Shown here piece by piece: positions 1 to 12,568 of a stretch of DNA of 64,000 nt. Made by a program: the position numbers and the translations under genes. This DNA is from Hemiscyllium ocellatum (Eukaryota): positions 52,170,345 to 52,234,344 of the forward strand of contig NC_083405.1 in the NCBI RefSeq assembly GCF_020745735.1, written 5' to 3'. The notes beneath the pieces were generated by a model. It searched no databases. It had not been told where the DNA came from and was given only the letters and a program-made list of their open reading frames with translations. Within the stretch, counting starts at the first letter, position 1, and each line of letters starts with the position of its first letter.

Positions 1-1825
1 TGCTATCACATTCCTCCTATACTGTGGATTTGAAAACTACATGCAACACTCTAGCATAACAATTTATATGGCTTCAGCAAAACCTCCTTGCTCTTAAACT
101 CTGTGCATTGGCTAATAAAGGAAAGTATACCATGTGCCTTCTTAACCTCTTCATCCATCTGTACTGATAAGAAATTAAGAAACCCGCGTACAGACACATC
201 CAGATTCCTCTGACCTGTGGTGCTTCCCAGGTTCTACTGTTCATCACGTATTCCCTTGTTTATCCTGCAAAAGTCCATCAGCTCACACTTTTCTGGACTG
301 AATTCCATTTGCCCTTGAGCATCAGCCCATCTGACCAGTCTATCTATACCCTCCTGTAATCCACCTTTTATGCCCCAACAACTTTTGTAACATCTGTTAA
401 CTTACTGATCAGACCGCCGACATTCAAGTCTAAATCATGTATATAAACCACAGAGCAAAGGCCCCAATACTGACCCCTGGGAACCCACTGGACATGTCCA
501 GTAAGAGAAATACCCCTCAACCATCACTCCCTGCTTCCTGCCACTCAGGTAATTATGGACTCAATTTGCCAAAAGTCATTGGATCCCATGGGGTCTTACC
601 TTTGTTGTCAGTCTCCCATGTGGAACCTTAACAAAAGCTTTGCTGAAATCCAAGTAAACAACATTCAAAGCATTGGCCTTATCTACACACTTGGTTGCCT
701 CTTCAAAAAATTCACTCAAGTTTGGTCAGACATGACTAACCCTGAACAAAATCATGCTAACTGCTCTTGACTAATTTCTACCTCTCCAAATGTAGATTAA
801 TTCACTCCCTCAGAATCAATTCAATTACTTCCCCAATAGCAAGTTTAGACAGACTGACTTGTAGTTTCCTGGTTTATCCCTTGGTCCTTTCTTGAATAAC
901 AGTACCACATTGACTGTACTCCTGATGTCCTCCATTGCCAGAAAGGAGTTTAAGATTCTTGCAAATGCCCTTGCTATTTCCATCCTTGCCTCGCTCAACA
1001 ATCTGGGATACATTTCACCTGATCCTAAAGATTTATCTACATTTAAACCTGCCAGATCTGTCAGACCTCTTTTCTGTCTATGTTAATTTCTTTAATTATA
1101 GCACAGTCCTTCATAATTTCTATAACCACATGATTCTTCTCACTTGTAAACACCAACATAATGTATTCATTCACAGCCCTATCTATATTCTCTGGGTCTA
1201 TGCATAAATTATTTCTTAATGGGCTCCAATCTTTCACTCTTTATCCATTTACCCATACGTACATGTAAAACAACTTAGGATTTTCCTTTGTTTCCTTTGT
1301 TTTATTTGCCAGTATCCTTATTATCCCCTCTTAGTTCCTCTAATGCCAGTTTAAGTTCCCTCTTGCACATTGTGTACTCATTAAAGGCTTCTGCTGTGTT
1401 GAACTCTCAGTATCTGCCATAAGCCTCCTTTTGCTCTTTATACTATCTCGTATATCCCTTGGTACACAGGATATGATCATCCTACTCTCTTTCCTAATTG
1501 GAACATGTTGGCCCTGTGCTCTCCATAGCTCCTTCTTGAATGCATTACACTATTCAGAGACAGATTTCTAAAATGTATCTGCTCCCAGTCCACTCTGGCC
1601 AAATCATATGCAATCTTATTAAAATCAGCCTTCTCTTAGTTTAGAATTTTGATTTCAGGCTCGTTTTTATCCTATTCCAGAACAAACTTGAATCTGACAG
1701 TTATATTGGTTGTCTGCAAAATACTCTCCCAATGAAACTTCAACTACTTGCCCAACTTTGTTACCCAAATAAAGTCTAGGACCGCCCCTTCATTTGTGGA
1801 GCTTTCTGTACACTGGCTGACAAAT
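1..1825 (-). mobile_element. Old degenerate CR1-type LINE, ORF2 (RT region)
   Basis: Minus ORF 825-1013 (MYPRLLSEAR...NVVLLFKKGPRDKPGNYKSVCL) is the CR1 pre-RT motif; flanking sequence continues as stop-ridden CR1 RT. Boundaries approximate. Confidence 0.8.
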
Positions 1826-3050
1826 AGCCTTTATTGTCACATGCATGTGAATGAGTGCAGTAAAAGTTTTGTAATGTCACCTCTTGACGCCATTTTAGGT
1901 ACTGGGCATCTAGTTCAGAAACTTTGAGTGTTGTCACAGAATTGAAACAGTTAAAAAAAGACTAGCATGGGAATACGGAGTTGATAAATCCAGAATAAGA
2001 ATAAAAAAAGTGTTGATGAAGTACTCAACTTATATTCCTTATAGTCTTTTTCCAAAATGTGCCCGTGCCTATCCGGGCTTCCGAACACAAGGCCACGCAG
2101 CCTCCACACTCTGGCCTCCGTGATTTGACCTGTACCCACTCTGCCCCTTGCTCCATAACTGAGCCTGTGATGACTGCTCCTTGCTCCGGGATACAGCCCA
2201 CACTCACTCTGCTCCCAGCTCCATAACTCAGCCCACACTCACTCTGCTCCCTGCTCCATAACTTGGCCCATGATCACTCTGATCCCTGCTCTGGGACACA
2301 GCCCACGCTCGCTCTGTCCCTTCTCCAGGACACAGCCTACGCTCGCTTTGATCCCTGCTCCATAACTCGGCCCACGCTCACTCTGCTCCCTGCTCCGGGA
2401 CACAGCCCACACTCACTCTGCTCCCTGCTCCATAACTCAGCCCACACTCACTCTGCTCCCTGCTCCATAACTTGGCCCATGATCACTCTGATCCCTGCTC
2501 TGGGACACAGCCCACACTCGCTCTGTCCCTTCTCCAGGACACAGCCTACGCTCGCTTTGATCCCTGCTCCATAACTCGGCCCACACTCACTCTGCTCCCT
2601 GCTCCATAACTCGGCCCACGCTCACACTGCTCCCTGCTCCAGGACACAGCCCACACTCACTCTGCTTCCTGCTCCATAACTCGGCCCACACTCACTCTGC
2701 TTCCTGCTCCATAACTCGGCCCACACTCACTCTGCTTCCTGCTCCATAACTCGGCCCACGCTCACTCTGCTCCGGGACACAGCCCTCACTCACTCTGCTC
2801 CCTGCTCCAGGACACAGCCCACGCTCACTCTGCTCCTTGCTCCTGGACACAGCCAACACTCACTCTGCTCCCTGCTCCATTACTCGGCCCACGCTCACTC
2901 TGCTCCCTGTTCCGGGACACAGCCTACACTCACTCTGCTGCCACTCCAGGTTCCGGCTGTGTCTCGATCTGCTCCCTGCTCTGGAACACCGACCAGTGAG
3001 TTCTGCTACCACTCAGTGACTCGCCTCATATGCTCTGCTCTTGTCTGGAA
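1826..3050 (-). mobile_element. ORF-less composite retroposon (copy A) with minisatellite body, interrupting the CR1
   Basis: Minus-strand 3' tail AAAATGGCG...AAACTTTTACTG...CATGTGACAATAAA (about 1826-1900) shares motifs with tails at 40612-40700 and 48240-48345; CR1 resumes at about 3070. No clear TSD. Confidence 0.45.
2135..2985. repeat. 35-bp minisatellite, roughly 24 units, two unit variants
   Basis: Unit CACTCACTCTGCTCCCTGCTCC followed by ATAACTCGGCCCA or GGGACACAGCCCA; block 2221-2373 recurs at 2430-2583. Confidence 0.95.
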
Positions 3051-3069
3051 TCCATCCATGACCCATCTC

Positions 3070-3990
3070 CCCATAATTCTTCTCCTTCTGAACCTTTTGC
3101 GCTATGACTAACCCATTAATGTTGGTAAAGTTTAAATTCCCTAGTATCATTACCCCATTATTTATACACATCCTGAAATTTACCTACATATCTGCTCTTC
3201 AATTTCTCTCAGACAATTTGGCGTCCTGTAGCAATGTGATTGCTCCTTTCTGATTTTTAATTTCTACCAAAATGGCTCAGTTTTAGGACTCACTCTTCTT
3301 AAAACTAATCTGTAACAGATTTCCTGATCAAAATTTCAACACCTCATTCTGTTTTACCCCTTCCTTGTCCCACCTGGTTTTCCAATATTTTGGAATATTG
3401 AGCTGCCAGTCTGCCCCTCTCTCGACCATGCCTCAGTGACAGCAATAACATCACACCCTCATGTTTCAATCTGTGCCCTCAACTCATCTGCATTGTTTGT
3501 CAGACTCCTTGCATTAAAATAAATACCACCCAACCTTGCCAAAATCCCATGCACCTTAACTAAACCTTAAGTTCTATGCGTTACTGACTCCTCCCCAATC
3601 TCTTCTAATTCTGGTGATTAATCTTCCTTGCTGAACATTGTCTCTGGATACCTATGCCTGCCCCTATCTCCTCCTCCACAACTCCAACCCGTTACTCTTG
3701 CCAAGTTAATTTCAACCCTCCTTAATAGCACTAACAATCTTTCCTGCAAGGATATTGGTTCCCATTCTGGTTCAAATGCAATCCATCCACTTTCGACAGA
3801 TCTGTTCCCCCCAAAAATGGTCCCAATATCCCAGAAATCTAAAGCCCTCCATCCTGCACCATTTCTCCAGCCACACACATATCTGAAATAACCTCCTATT
3901 TTTAGGTTCACTCACATGTGCTGCCTGAAATAATCTTGAAAATTACCACCTTTTAGACCTTATACTTCTGGACTCCCTGAATTATTGTGC
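3070..3990 (-). mobile_element. Continuation of the old CR1: AP-endonuclease region and end of ORF1 (esterase-like)
   Basis: Minus-strand remnants WQLNIP, YRTP (YRPP), GVMILGNLN (GDFN motif); 3700-3880 resembles the CR1 ORF1 SGNH-esterase C-terminus (FRFLGYWDHF...DGLHLNQNGTNILAG). Confidence 0.65.
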
Positions 3991-6900
3991 AGAACTACAA
4001 ATAAAATGTAGTTTTCTACCTTTGCTTATCAGCTGTGGCCAGAAAATAAAGCTATTCATGATAATAACTCAAGAGATGGACTGCCTCTCCATGGTTTTGA
4101 CTTTTTCAGTGAAGTTTGGCCACAGGTCGTTCAGGGTTAAGGATTATATTAACGTGACTGTGGTATTGCTCTATTTGTGTCAGGAGACCGGTTCTGGAAG
4201 TGTAAAGCAGTGATGCAAGATGACACAGAGTGGAATGAGTTCGCAGGACCTAAAAACGAAATAATCAGCCAACTTAATATTTCCACATTAGATGATAACA
4301 AGGGCCTTGATTACTTTTTACAGGTGATAACATTTCACCTGAAACTCAGCCACACTCCTGCAACCTTCTCTCCTGAAAATCACATCTCAGAAATCAATTG
4401 TCCAGTACTCACTGAAATTCTAATGATGCTTTATGTACAGAATGCTTTTCGTAGGCTACTGCATTTGATGTGCAGAATCAAAGCTTGTAAGAAATCATAA
4501 AGGCGCCACTATTGGCTTTGACAGACCCTGTCTGGGTTGGTAATTCCTTTTCCCACCTCTGATACTTCATCGTCCCTGAGCTATATAGCAAGTGCCACAT
4601 CTGATTCTTTGCCTCTTTTATTTCCATAGTGTTCTGAATAAATCCTGGTTTACTTGCATATTTCAGTTGTGACTTGATCAGTACAGCTTCTAATTCTATG
4701 GCCCATGTGGCAGTATTTAAAATACGTTTAACATCAAAGATGTACTCTGTTTATATTGTGGCTGCTGACAGATTCAATATTTGATGTGACCTGAGCTACA
4801 CTGAATTGTTTTTTGCAATGGGCGCCATACATTTTAATCATCATTTGCTGTATTGCCACATTTTGCCCTTCTGCAGACAATCTTTCTCTTTCCTGCAAGG
4901 TTTCAGTTTGCTCTTTAAAGCAGAAGGCAGGTCAGTTAATCTTCCCTGCAATGCACTGGGGAGTAGTGAACACTCTGCACTCAGCCACATTAACATATTC
5001 TGTCACTGTACCTGGGAGGCCTTTCCTGTACAGGAGAACAGATATCAAATGTACAACTTAAATGTGTCAGAAATTACTGGTGAGTTAAAAGTACAGGTGA
5101 ATATGAAAAAGAAGCGTATTCCCATCACTTTGCCTGACAGGAAATTTATTTTGCTGTAGCTGAAATGTAATTAACCTCCACTGTGAGAAAATTCTATTAC
5201 TAACAGCTATTCTGCCATGCAAAGTGCAGTACATGGAAATGTTACAGGCTGTCAAGCAGAAAGACATACTTGTCTGAATTTTAAACTAAACTTTCATTTT
5301 TCCTCACATCCTGTTATCTTCAGTGAAGCCACAAATTGATGGAATATATATAGTTGTGCTTCAAAAAAAAAGTATCAACCATTAAGAGATTTCTGAAGAT
5401 TTTCGTGAGCTAAAACACACAATTATATTGAATTCTTTTGTGGGGGCGGGGATGAAATAACTATCTCTCTTTTTCATGAAAGGCAGTCTGCCATGTACCA
5501 GAGTGACATTCAACCATGAACAGTTTCACTGCAGCCATCTATAAGAAAATGTCACTGAGTCCTCCCTTGGTAATCAATTATGAACATTTTCACTGCTTCC
5601 TCTCATTTAAAGACAGAATGAAAAATTATCCTCCATTATTCGTCTGTTACTGAAAGTTCAAATGAAAAATTCTTAGCCAATATGCTTTCTGATCACGGTT
5701 AACATTATGCACTCTGTTCCTTCGGAAGTTAACTAAAATGGCACAAACCTGTAGAGTCCCCAGCTTAAAAGCCAGATGAATATAATGTTGGCTGGAAACT
5801 ACAGGGGGTGTAAATTTTTCTAAAGTACAGGCTTTGCTTTGGGGTGACAGCTCTGCAATTAGGAGCTTCCAGCTTTCGCCTTGTTTGGCAGTGTGACTAT
5901 GCACATATATGCCTCATTTTTTTTTGGATTTTGCACGAAATATTTTAACGGTATACTTTCTTTTGAAATGTTACATTTATTAATTCTGCTGTGGCATTTT
6001 TTCGCTATCTTATATTGTGTCACTAATTTTAACCAGTTGAGAGAAACAGAGCGAGTGGCTTATTTCCCAGAGTATTATCAGAGTCCCATACATTACTTAC
6101 GTCGGGGCTACGAATCTAAGAACATATTTCACTGACACTCGTAAACCATGTGTAACCCAAGGCATATTATTTGAATGTGTAGATCCTTTAGCCTGTTATA
6201 ATAAGCAATAATGTTAAAATGAAAAGTTTTGGTGTAGCAAATGGAGGAATGGGAGATGATATGATGCAGTGGGGGAGAGCCAAGCAGTCATATTTAGCTT
6301 TCTTGTGTTGTGTTTGTATTTTTATCTTTAAAATTGCTACTTAAACATTCATTGCATTCTTCCTTTTTTTTGATTGTATTGAAGGGTTCCTGTCTCCATA
6401 GTTCGAATACTTATGGTATTGGATACAGAAGTGTGGTCTTAAATGGTATAATAGCTAACTTGTATTTCTTGATTAATCTCCTCTGCAGTCTTGGTTTTAC
6501 GTTTGCTCAGAAATATTGTTTTTTTGAATTTGTAAGATATGCCTGTCAAGGTAGGTGGTTCAGAATAGAGCCAGCACATGAACCTTTCTTATGTTAGAAA
6601 GTTGGAAGCTGTATTAGATCTTCCTTCAACAGGAACTCCTTGCACTACTCATATTATGCTTTGATATACAGATAGAAAATAAGTTTAAAATTGAATTTTT
6701 AAAATTACATTGGAAGATATCAATGCATGAAAACTTAATACAATCATCCGAGACTGTCATTTTTGTTAATTTAATACAAATGTTTGTTGTAAGGTCAGAT
6801 CTGGGTTGTTGATAGGAGGGAGTCTACAGCCTTGCCAGTGACCAACAACAACATTAATAAATATAAAAATGAATAGTACTATATCACATTTCTGAAATCC

Positions 6901-7149
6901 TAAAGCTTTAGATCCCTGTTTCATGTGATCTGATGTAATTATGACATATGGTTTATGGGCATGTTCAGTCGCTATTTTTAGATAAAGGTATCACTGACTC
7001 TTTTGTCCACAGTGTTGACTTATTGATTTGAAACTCCTTAGTGCCACCATTAATGGTTAGAAAATATGGAGGATAATATTCAACCTTACTATTTGAGCAA
7101 GACTATCTTCTTGTGATGGAATTCATCAAGTTTTCATCATATTGTAGAA

Positions 7150-7235
7150 GGGATTTGAAACATTGACTCTGCTTCTCTCTCTGCAGATGCTGCCAGACCT
7201 GCTGAGCTTCTCCAATAATTTCTGATTTTCTGTGT
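7150..7235 (+). mobile_element. Old Penelope-like terminal-repeat relic
   Basis: GAAACATTGAC...GATGCTGCCAGACCTGCTGAG matches the GATGCTGCCTGACCTGCTG block that follows the hammerhead in younger PLE repeats of this window. Confidence 0.55.
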
Positions 7236-7309
7236 TTCATCATTTTGCAGCTTCTATGAATAACAGCAGTTCAGTCTATCACATTGATACAATAAATGCT
7301 ATTATTCAG

Positions 7310-7690
7310 AACAGCTCACTTCAGAACAAAAAGCTCCTCGTGTAGCCTTTGGTCTTTGCTTAAATCTATGTCCATTGGTAACTGACCCTCCTGACACTAG
7401 AAATAATGTGTCCAAATTTCTTCTATCATAACTCTCAAATTTTGAACATGTCTATCACAACTTTCCTTAATCTCTGTAGCTCTAAGCAGAATTATCCTAG
7501 CTTCTTTAGTCCATCGCACAAATAAAGTCTCTTATTTTTGACAGAACTCATAAACCTCATCTGCATTCTCTCCAAGGCTTTGACATCATTTTTAAAGTGT
7601 TGTAAGCAGAATTGAACATAATTCAATGGCAGGAGTATTAGCAATGATTCCTAAAGGTTTAGTATAAATATTTTGGTTCTGTGCTCCAAT
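7310..7690 (-). mobile_element. Old CR1 3' fragment
   Basis: Degenerate similarity to the 3' part of CR1 ORF2 seen at 10825-11400. Confidence 0.55.
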
Positions 7691-10600
7691 GTCCAGTAAT
7701 AATGTGCAGAGAGCAACGTTGATGTGGAAAAGTTACTGGATGAGTAATCCCTAAGTAAGTGATTGTTTTGTAATAATTCTAGTGCAGAGAAGCAGGGATG
7801 CCCCAATGACCAGGAGCTTTTGGTGTGTTTGTTTGTCCCTCCACCTTCCTAACTGTAGATTCTTGCACCTGCCAATTACCAACATCATTGCCCAGTCACA
7901 ATTGCAAGCCACTGTCCCCCAAACACAATTTCTGATATTATGCTCCAACAATCCCAAATTGCAGATTTTTTTTTCTTTTCCACTCCTGATCACTGCAGAT
8001 CTGTAATAGTCCCAAGATATATCTCCTGGCTGCTAGTATTCCTTCCCACCCATTGGGTCATGTATCCTTTTGGTATATAATAAGCAGGACACACAGCTAC
8101 AAATGTTAACATAGCATAGCCACTAAGATCACTACTCATTAACCCCAACTTTGTTTCCTTACTTGTTCCACCATTCCCTTTGCTTTGTACAATCAACCTT
8201 ATTTTGATTTAACATATTCTGCTTTCCACCTTATCACAGACCAACCCTATTATTCTCTCACTTCCTTAACTTCATACCTTTTGTCTTTACTCAAAACCTA
8301 TTACATATCCAATTTTTCCATGGAAAATGTATCTGTTTCTCTCCCTACGAATACTGCCAGGTTTGTAGTTCTGATATCTTCTTGATTTATTCTCCTTTAA
8401 AGAGGCTAGCCTTAAGTCATGCAGTCATGTTTTAAGTAACATATTGCTCATAATATTTGGTTCCCTGCTGAAGCATGCAACAATGAAATGCATCGAGAAT
8501 GTGGCTGCGTGTAACAATTGTTATAATTAGTAAGCAGCTCGCAGTTGGTCTGCTGCCTGCATTCCACTTAATGAGCATGGGTTAATTTTGCATCTCAATC
8601 CCTGCTCCTGTCTTCTGGAGTGAAACAATTTAAGGCACTAACTGTATCATCTAAATACTTCAGAAATCACAGAAAATGGAAAACACCATGAGATATTTGA
8701 TCCTAAATCTGAGCTCACAACATACCAGCTTTCATTTATCCAGTGCCTTACATGCCCTCAGCACATCCCAACAGACTTAAGAACATTTTTAAAAAGTGCA
8801 TAAGAAGACTCCATATACTATCAAGCTTGCCCTGTCATTCAATATGTCATGGCTAATAGTTAGCTTTAGCTTCACGTTCCCACCCAATCCCATGTCACAT
8901 GAAAGACCAAACATCTGTCTATCTTAGCCTAAAATATATTTAGTGATGAGAGATGCAGTGAGACATATTCAGTGACAGTCTATCAACAAGCCTCTGACTT
9001 AAGGAATGCCAAAGACAATCAACCTTGATAGTAAAAATTTCTCATCATGTTGGTTCAAAATGATTCATATTTTGGGGGATATTGAACGAGGTGGAAAGGC
9101 AGAGTAAAGTACCTGTCACTTGCCTGACTCCATGGCTAATTGGGTGCCACATAAGGGACTCTGTCCCCCACTGCTGGCAGGGGGTGATCTTCCCCACATA
9201 GTGAGAATATTCAGTAAAGGCTAGCAGCCTCTGTGTAGAGTTAGTCATGTGGACTTTCCTGTATGGCCAGTTGTATGGCCTCTGGAGGGCTTCCCAGCAG
9301 TAAGGCCAGCAAATAAACTCCTCACTTTGTGGATAGAGATGACCACAAAATCAGGCTGCAGTGCACAACATACCTCTGACAAGAACTGTGCAGGATGTCA
9401 CCTTAGTAAGAGGGTTTGCAAGTCTCTGGTTTCAGCTTCACTGAGGAACAATGCTTCAGGTATTTATACTTCACAGGACTTGTTGTGATTATCATCTTCC
9501 AAGTTATTTATCCACAGCTCCAACCCCAAAGTAAGGCAAGATTGGTGTTGCCATTGGCTTTTAAAGTTATCATAGCTCTTAATACATCTTGTTTACATCA
9601 GGCTGATGGTGAAGATATATGAAACATTTCACAGTTTGCTATGTACAGCTGTCTAAAGGATCATCCTGAGGCAAACTGTAGACAGGGGAAATAAACCATT
9701 TCATTCTGTCTTTCTTGCCAGAGAGGTGAGCAGAATGAACTTTGAACGGACTTTTGATTTCCTTAAGGTGCCATTGAATACAAACACATTAACCTGTATG
9801 GTTCTCAAAACATTCATATTTTCATCAGAGGAAAGGGATTCCATTCCTTTCATGTGAAGTTGCAAAAAAAAAAATGGGCTGTACATCCTACATCAGAATG
9901 CTCTCATGACTAGAAGAGAAAGGAGCAGAATTGGGCCATTCTTCCCATTGAAACTGTTCTGCCCTTCAGTCATGGCTGATATGTTTCTCAACCCCATTCT
10001 CCAGTGTCCATCATTCTGAAACAGTTCTTTGTTCTAGCAGTGTTGAGACACAGGGCAAGCCAAAGGCTGACTATTGCTCAGACAGGGTTATCTATTCATC
10101 ACATGGTACATGACACTGGTCCAGAACCCAAGCGCATGTGGACAGCAGGATAACACTGGGATTTGTGCTGTACATTCCAATTACATCAATTCCTATATTT
10201 CATACAAATTAAGAATATTCATCTTTTGTCTCTTCACTCAATGCATAGCCTCCATGTGTTTTGCCACCTTGGTACTCCTATGAGAACTTTCTTCAGTGGC
10301 TGCATCATGTTTGCATCAATAGCTGCAGATTTTCAAGCTTGTTGCCTGTAGTGGCTCCAGGAGGTGACCGAGAGTAGCTCAGTGCCTAGATTTCAGATTA
10401 GTTTGGGTGTCAGCAGACTGTCTGTCTAGCATACAGGCAACAGCAAGGCCCCTGGACAAGTGGTAAGAATTACAGCAGAATATTGAGTTCAATGGATATG
10501 ATGGAGTGAAAGGCGGTCGGTTCCATTTTGGAAAGAATGGATGACAAATTATGTGCAGATCCCTGTGCCTATGTTGAACTGGACTACTCTTTCACATTAT

Positions 10601-10824
10601 GTACACAATTTTTTCAGGCTTTCCATAGCAAACATTTGGGTGTTTATGCCTGTCAGCTGTCTTCTGACCCTCAGTATTTTCATTTGAATCCTGTGCACCA
10701 GAACTGGTGTGCAATCTGGGTCCCAGCAAGCTGCTACCTGCACTAACCCACTCCTTCCCAGGTCCTGCCAATTGTGCTCATTCCCCAAACAGATTCCTCC
10801 TGTTTCTCATCTTCAAAAATCTGC

Positions 10825-12233
10825 ATAGAGTCATAGAGATGTACAGCATGGAAACAGACCATTCGGTCCAACCCGCCCATGCCGACCAGATATCCCAACC
10901 CAATCTAGTCCCACTTACCAGCACCTGGCCCATATCCCTCTAAACCCTTCCTATTCATATACCCATCCAAATATGCTTTAAATGATGCAATTGTACTAGC
11001 CTCCATCACTTCATCTGGCAGCTCATTCCATACACATACCATCCTGTGTGTGAAAAAGTTGCCCCTTAGGTCTCTTTTATATCTTTCCCCTCTCACCCTA
11101 AACCTCTAGTTTTGGACTCCTCCACACTAGGGAAAAGATTTTGTCTATTTATCCTATCCATGCCCCTCATAATTTTGTAAACCTCTATAACGTCACCCCT
11201 CAGTCTCCAACACTCCAGGGAAAACAGCCCCAGCCTGTTCAGCATCTCCGTATTGCTCAAATCCTCCAACCCTGGCAACATCCTTGTAAATCTTTTCTGA
11301 ACCCTTTCAAGTTTTGCAACATCTTTCCAATAGGAAGAGACCAGAATTGCACGTAATATTCCAAAAGAGGCCTAACCAATGTCTTTTACAGCGCAAAATG
11401 ACCTCCCAACTTCTGTAGTCAATACTCTGACCAATAAAGAAAAGCATACCAAATGCCTTCTTCACTACCCTATCTACCTGCAACTCCACTTTCAAGGAGC
11501 TGTGAACCTGCACTCCAAGGTCTCTTTGTTCAGCAACAATCCCTAGGACCTTACCATTAAGTGTATAAGCTAAGATTTACTTTCCCAAAATGCAGCACCT
11601 CGCAGTTATCTAAATTAAACTCCATCTGCCACTTCTCAGCCCATTGGCCCATCTGGCCAAGATCCTGTTGTAATCTGAGGTAACCCCTCCTCTTCGCGTC
11701 CACTACACCTCTGATCTTGGTGTCACCTGTAAACTTACTAACTGTACCTCTTAAGCTCGCATCCAAATCATTTATGTAAATGACAAAAAGTAGAGGACCC
11801 AGCACCAATCCTTGTGGCACTCCACTGGTCACAGGCCTCCAGTCTGAAAAACAACTCTCCACCACCACCCTCTGTCTTCTAGCTTTGAGCCAGTTCTGTA
11901 TCCAAAAGACTAGTTCTCCCTGTATTCTGTGAGATCTAACCTTGTTAATCAGTCTCCCATGGGGGACCTTGTCGAACGCTTTACTGAAGTCCATATAGAT
12001 CACATCTACCACCCTGCCCTCATCAATCCTCTTTGTTACTTCCTCAAAAAATTCAATCAAGTTTCTGAGACATGATTTCCCATGCACAAAGCCATGTTGA
12101 CTACCCTAATCAGTCCTTGCCTTCCCAAATACATTCCTGTCCCACGGGATTCCCTCCAACAACTTGCCCACCACTGAGGTCAGGCTCACCGGTCTATAAT
12201 TCCCTGGCTTGTCCTTACCATCCTTCTTAAACA
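10825..12233 (-). mobile_element. CR1 LINE, 5'-truncated, relatively young (RT pseudogene plus 3' tail)
   Basis: ORF 11557-12087 has YMDFSKAFDKVPH, SGVPQG..LGPLLF.IYINDL, KFTGDTK (FADDTK); downstream frameshifted ORF2 C-terminus; tail CTCTATGACTCTATG at about 10825. Confidence 0.95.
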
Positions 12234-12275
12234 GACTTAATCCACACTGTAAGTAATCTAATCTAATCTAAATTA

Positions 12276-12568
12276 GTGTGGAAACAGGCCCTTCGGCCCA
12301 ACAGGTCCACACCGACCCGCCGAAGCGAAACCCACCCATACCCCTACATTTACCCCTTACCTAACACTACGGGCAATTTAGCACGGCCAATTCACCTGAC
12401 CCGCACATCTTTGGACTGTGGGAGGAAACCGGAGCACCCGGAGGAAACCCACGCAGACACGGGGAGAACGTGCAAACTCCACACAGTCAGTCGCCTGAGT
12501 CGGGAATTGAACCCGGGTCTCAGGCGCTGTGAGGCAGCAGTGCTAACCACTGTGCCACCGTGCCGCCC
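12276..12568 (-). mobile_element. tRNA-derived SINE (HE1/V-SINE-like) with CR1-like tail
   Basis: Starts GGGCGGCACGGTGGCACAGTGGTTAGC (A box), B box GGTTCAATTCC; near-identical to 25634-25944; CpGs retained. Confidence 0.92.

Noticed and set aside
2135-2985. CRISPR-like array (35-bp periodicity)
   Set aside because: Units are contiguous with only two recurring variants, no unique spacers, no cas genes, vertebrate context.
4058-4101. SECIS element (ATGA...AA...TGA)
   Set aside because: Helix II between the putative quartet and loop does not pair properly, and no selenoprotein CDS is nearby.
9050-9330. Possible DNA-transposon-derived GC-richer patch
   Set aside because: No TIRs or TSD could be delineated.
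11557-12087. Functional reverse transcriptase CDS
   Set aside because: Catalytic motif altered (FTGDTK), frameshifts on both sides, 5'-truncated.
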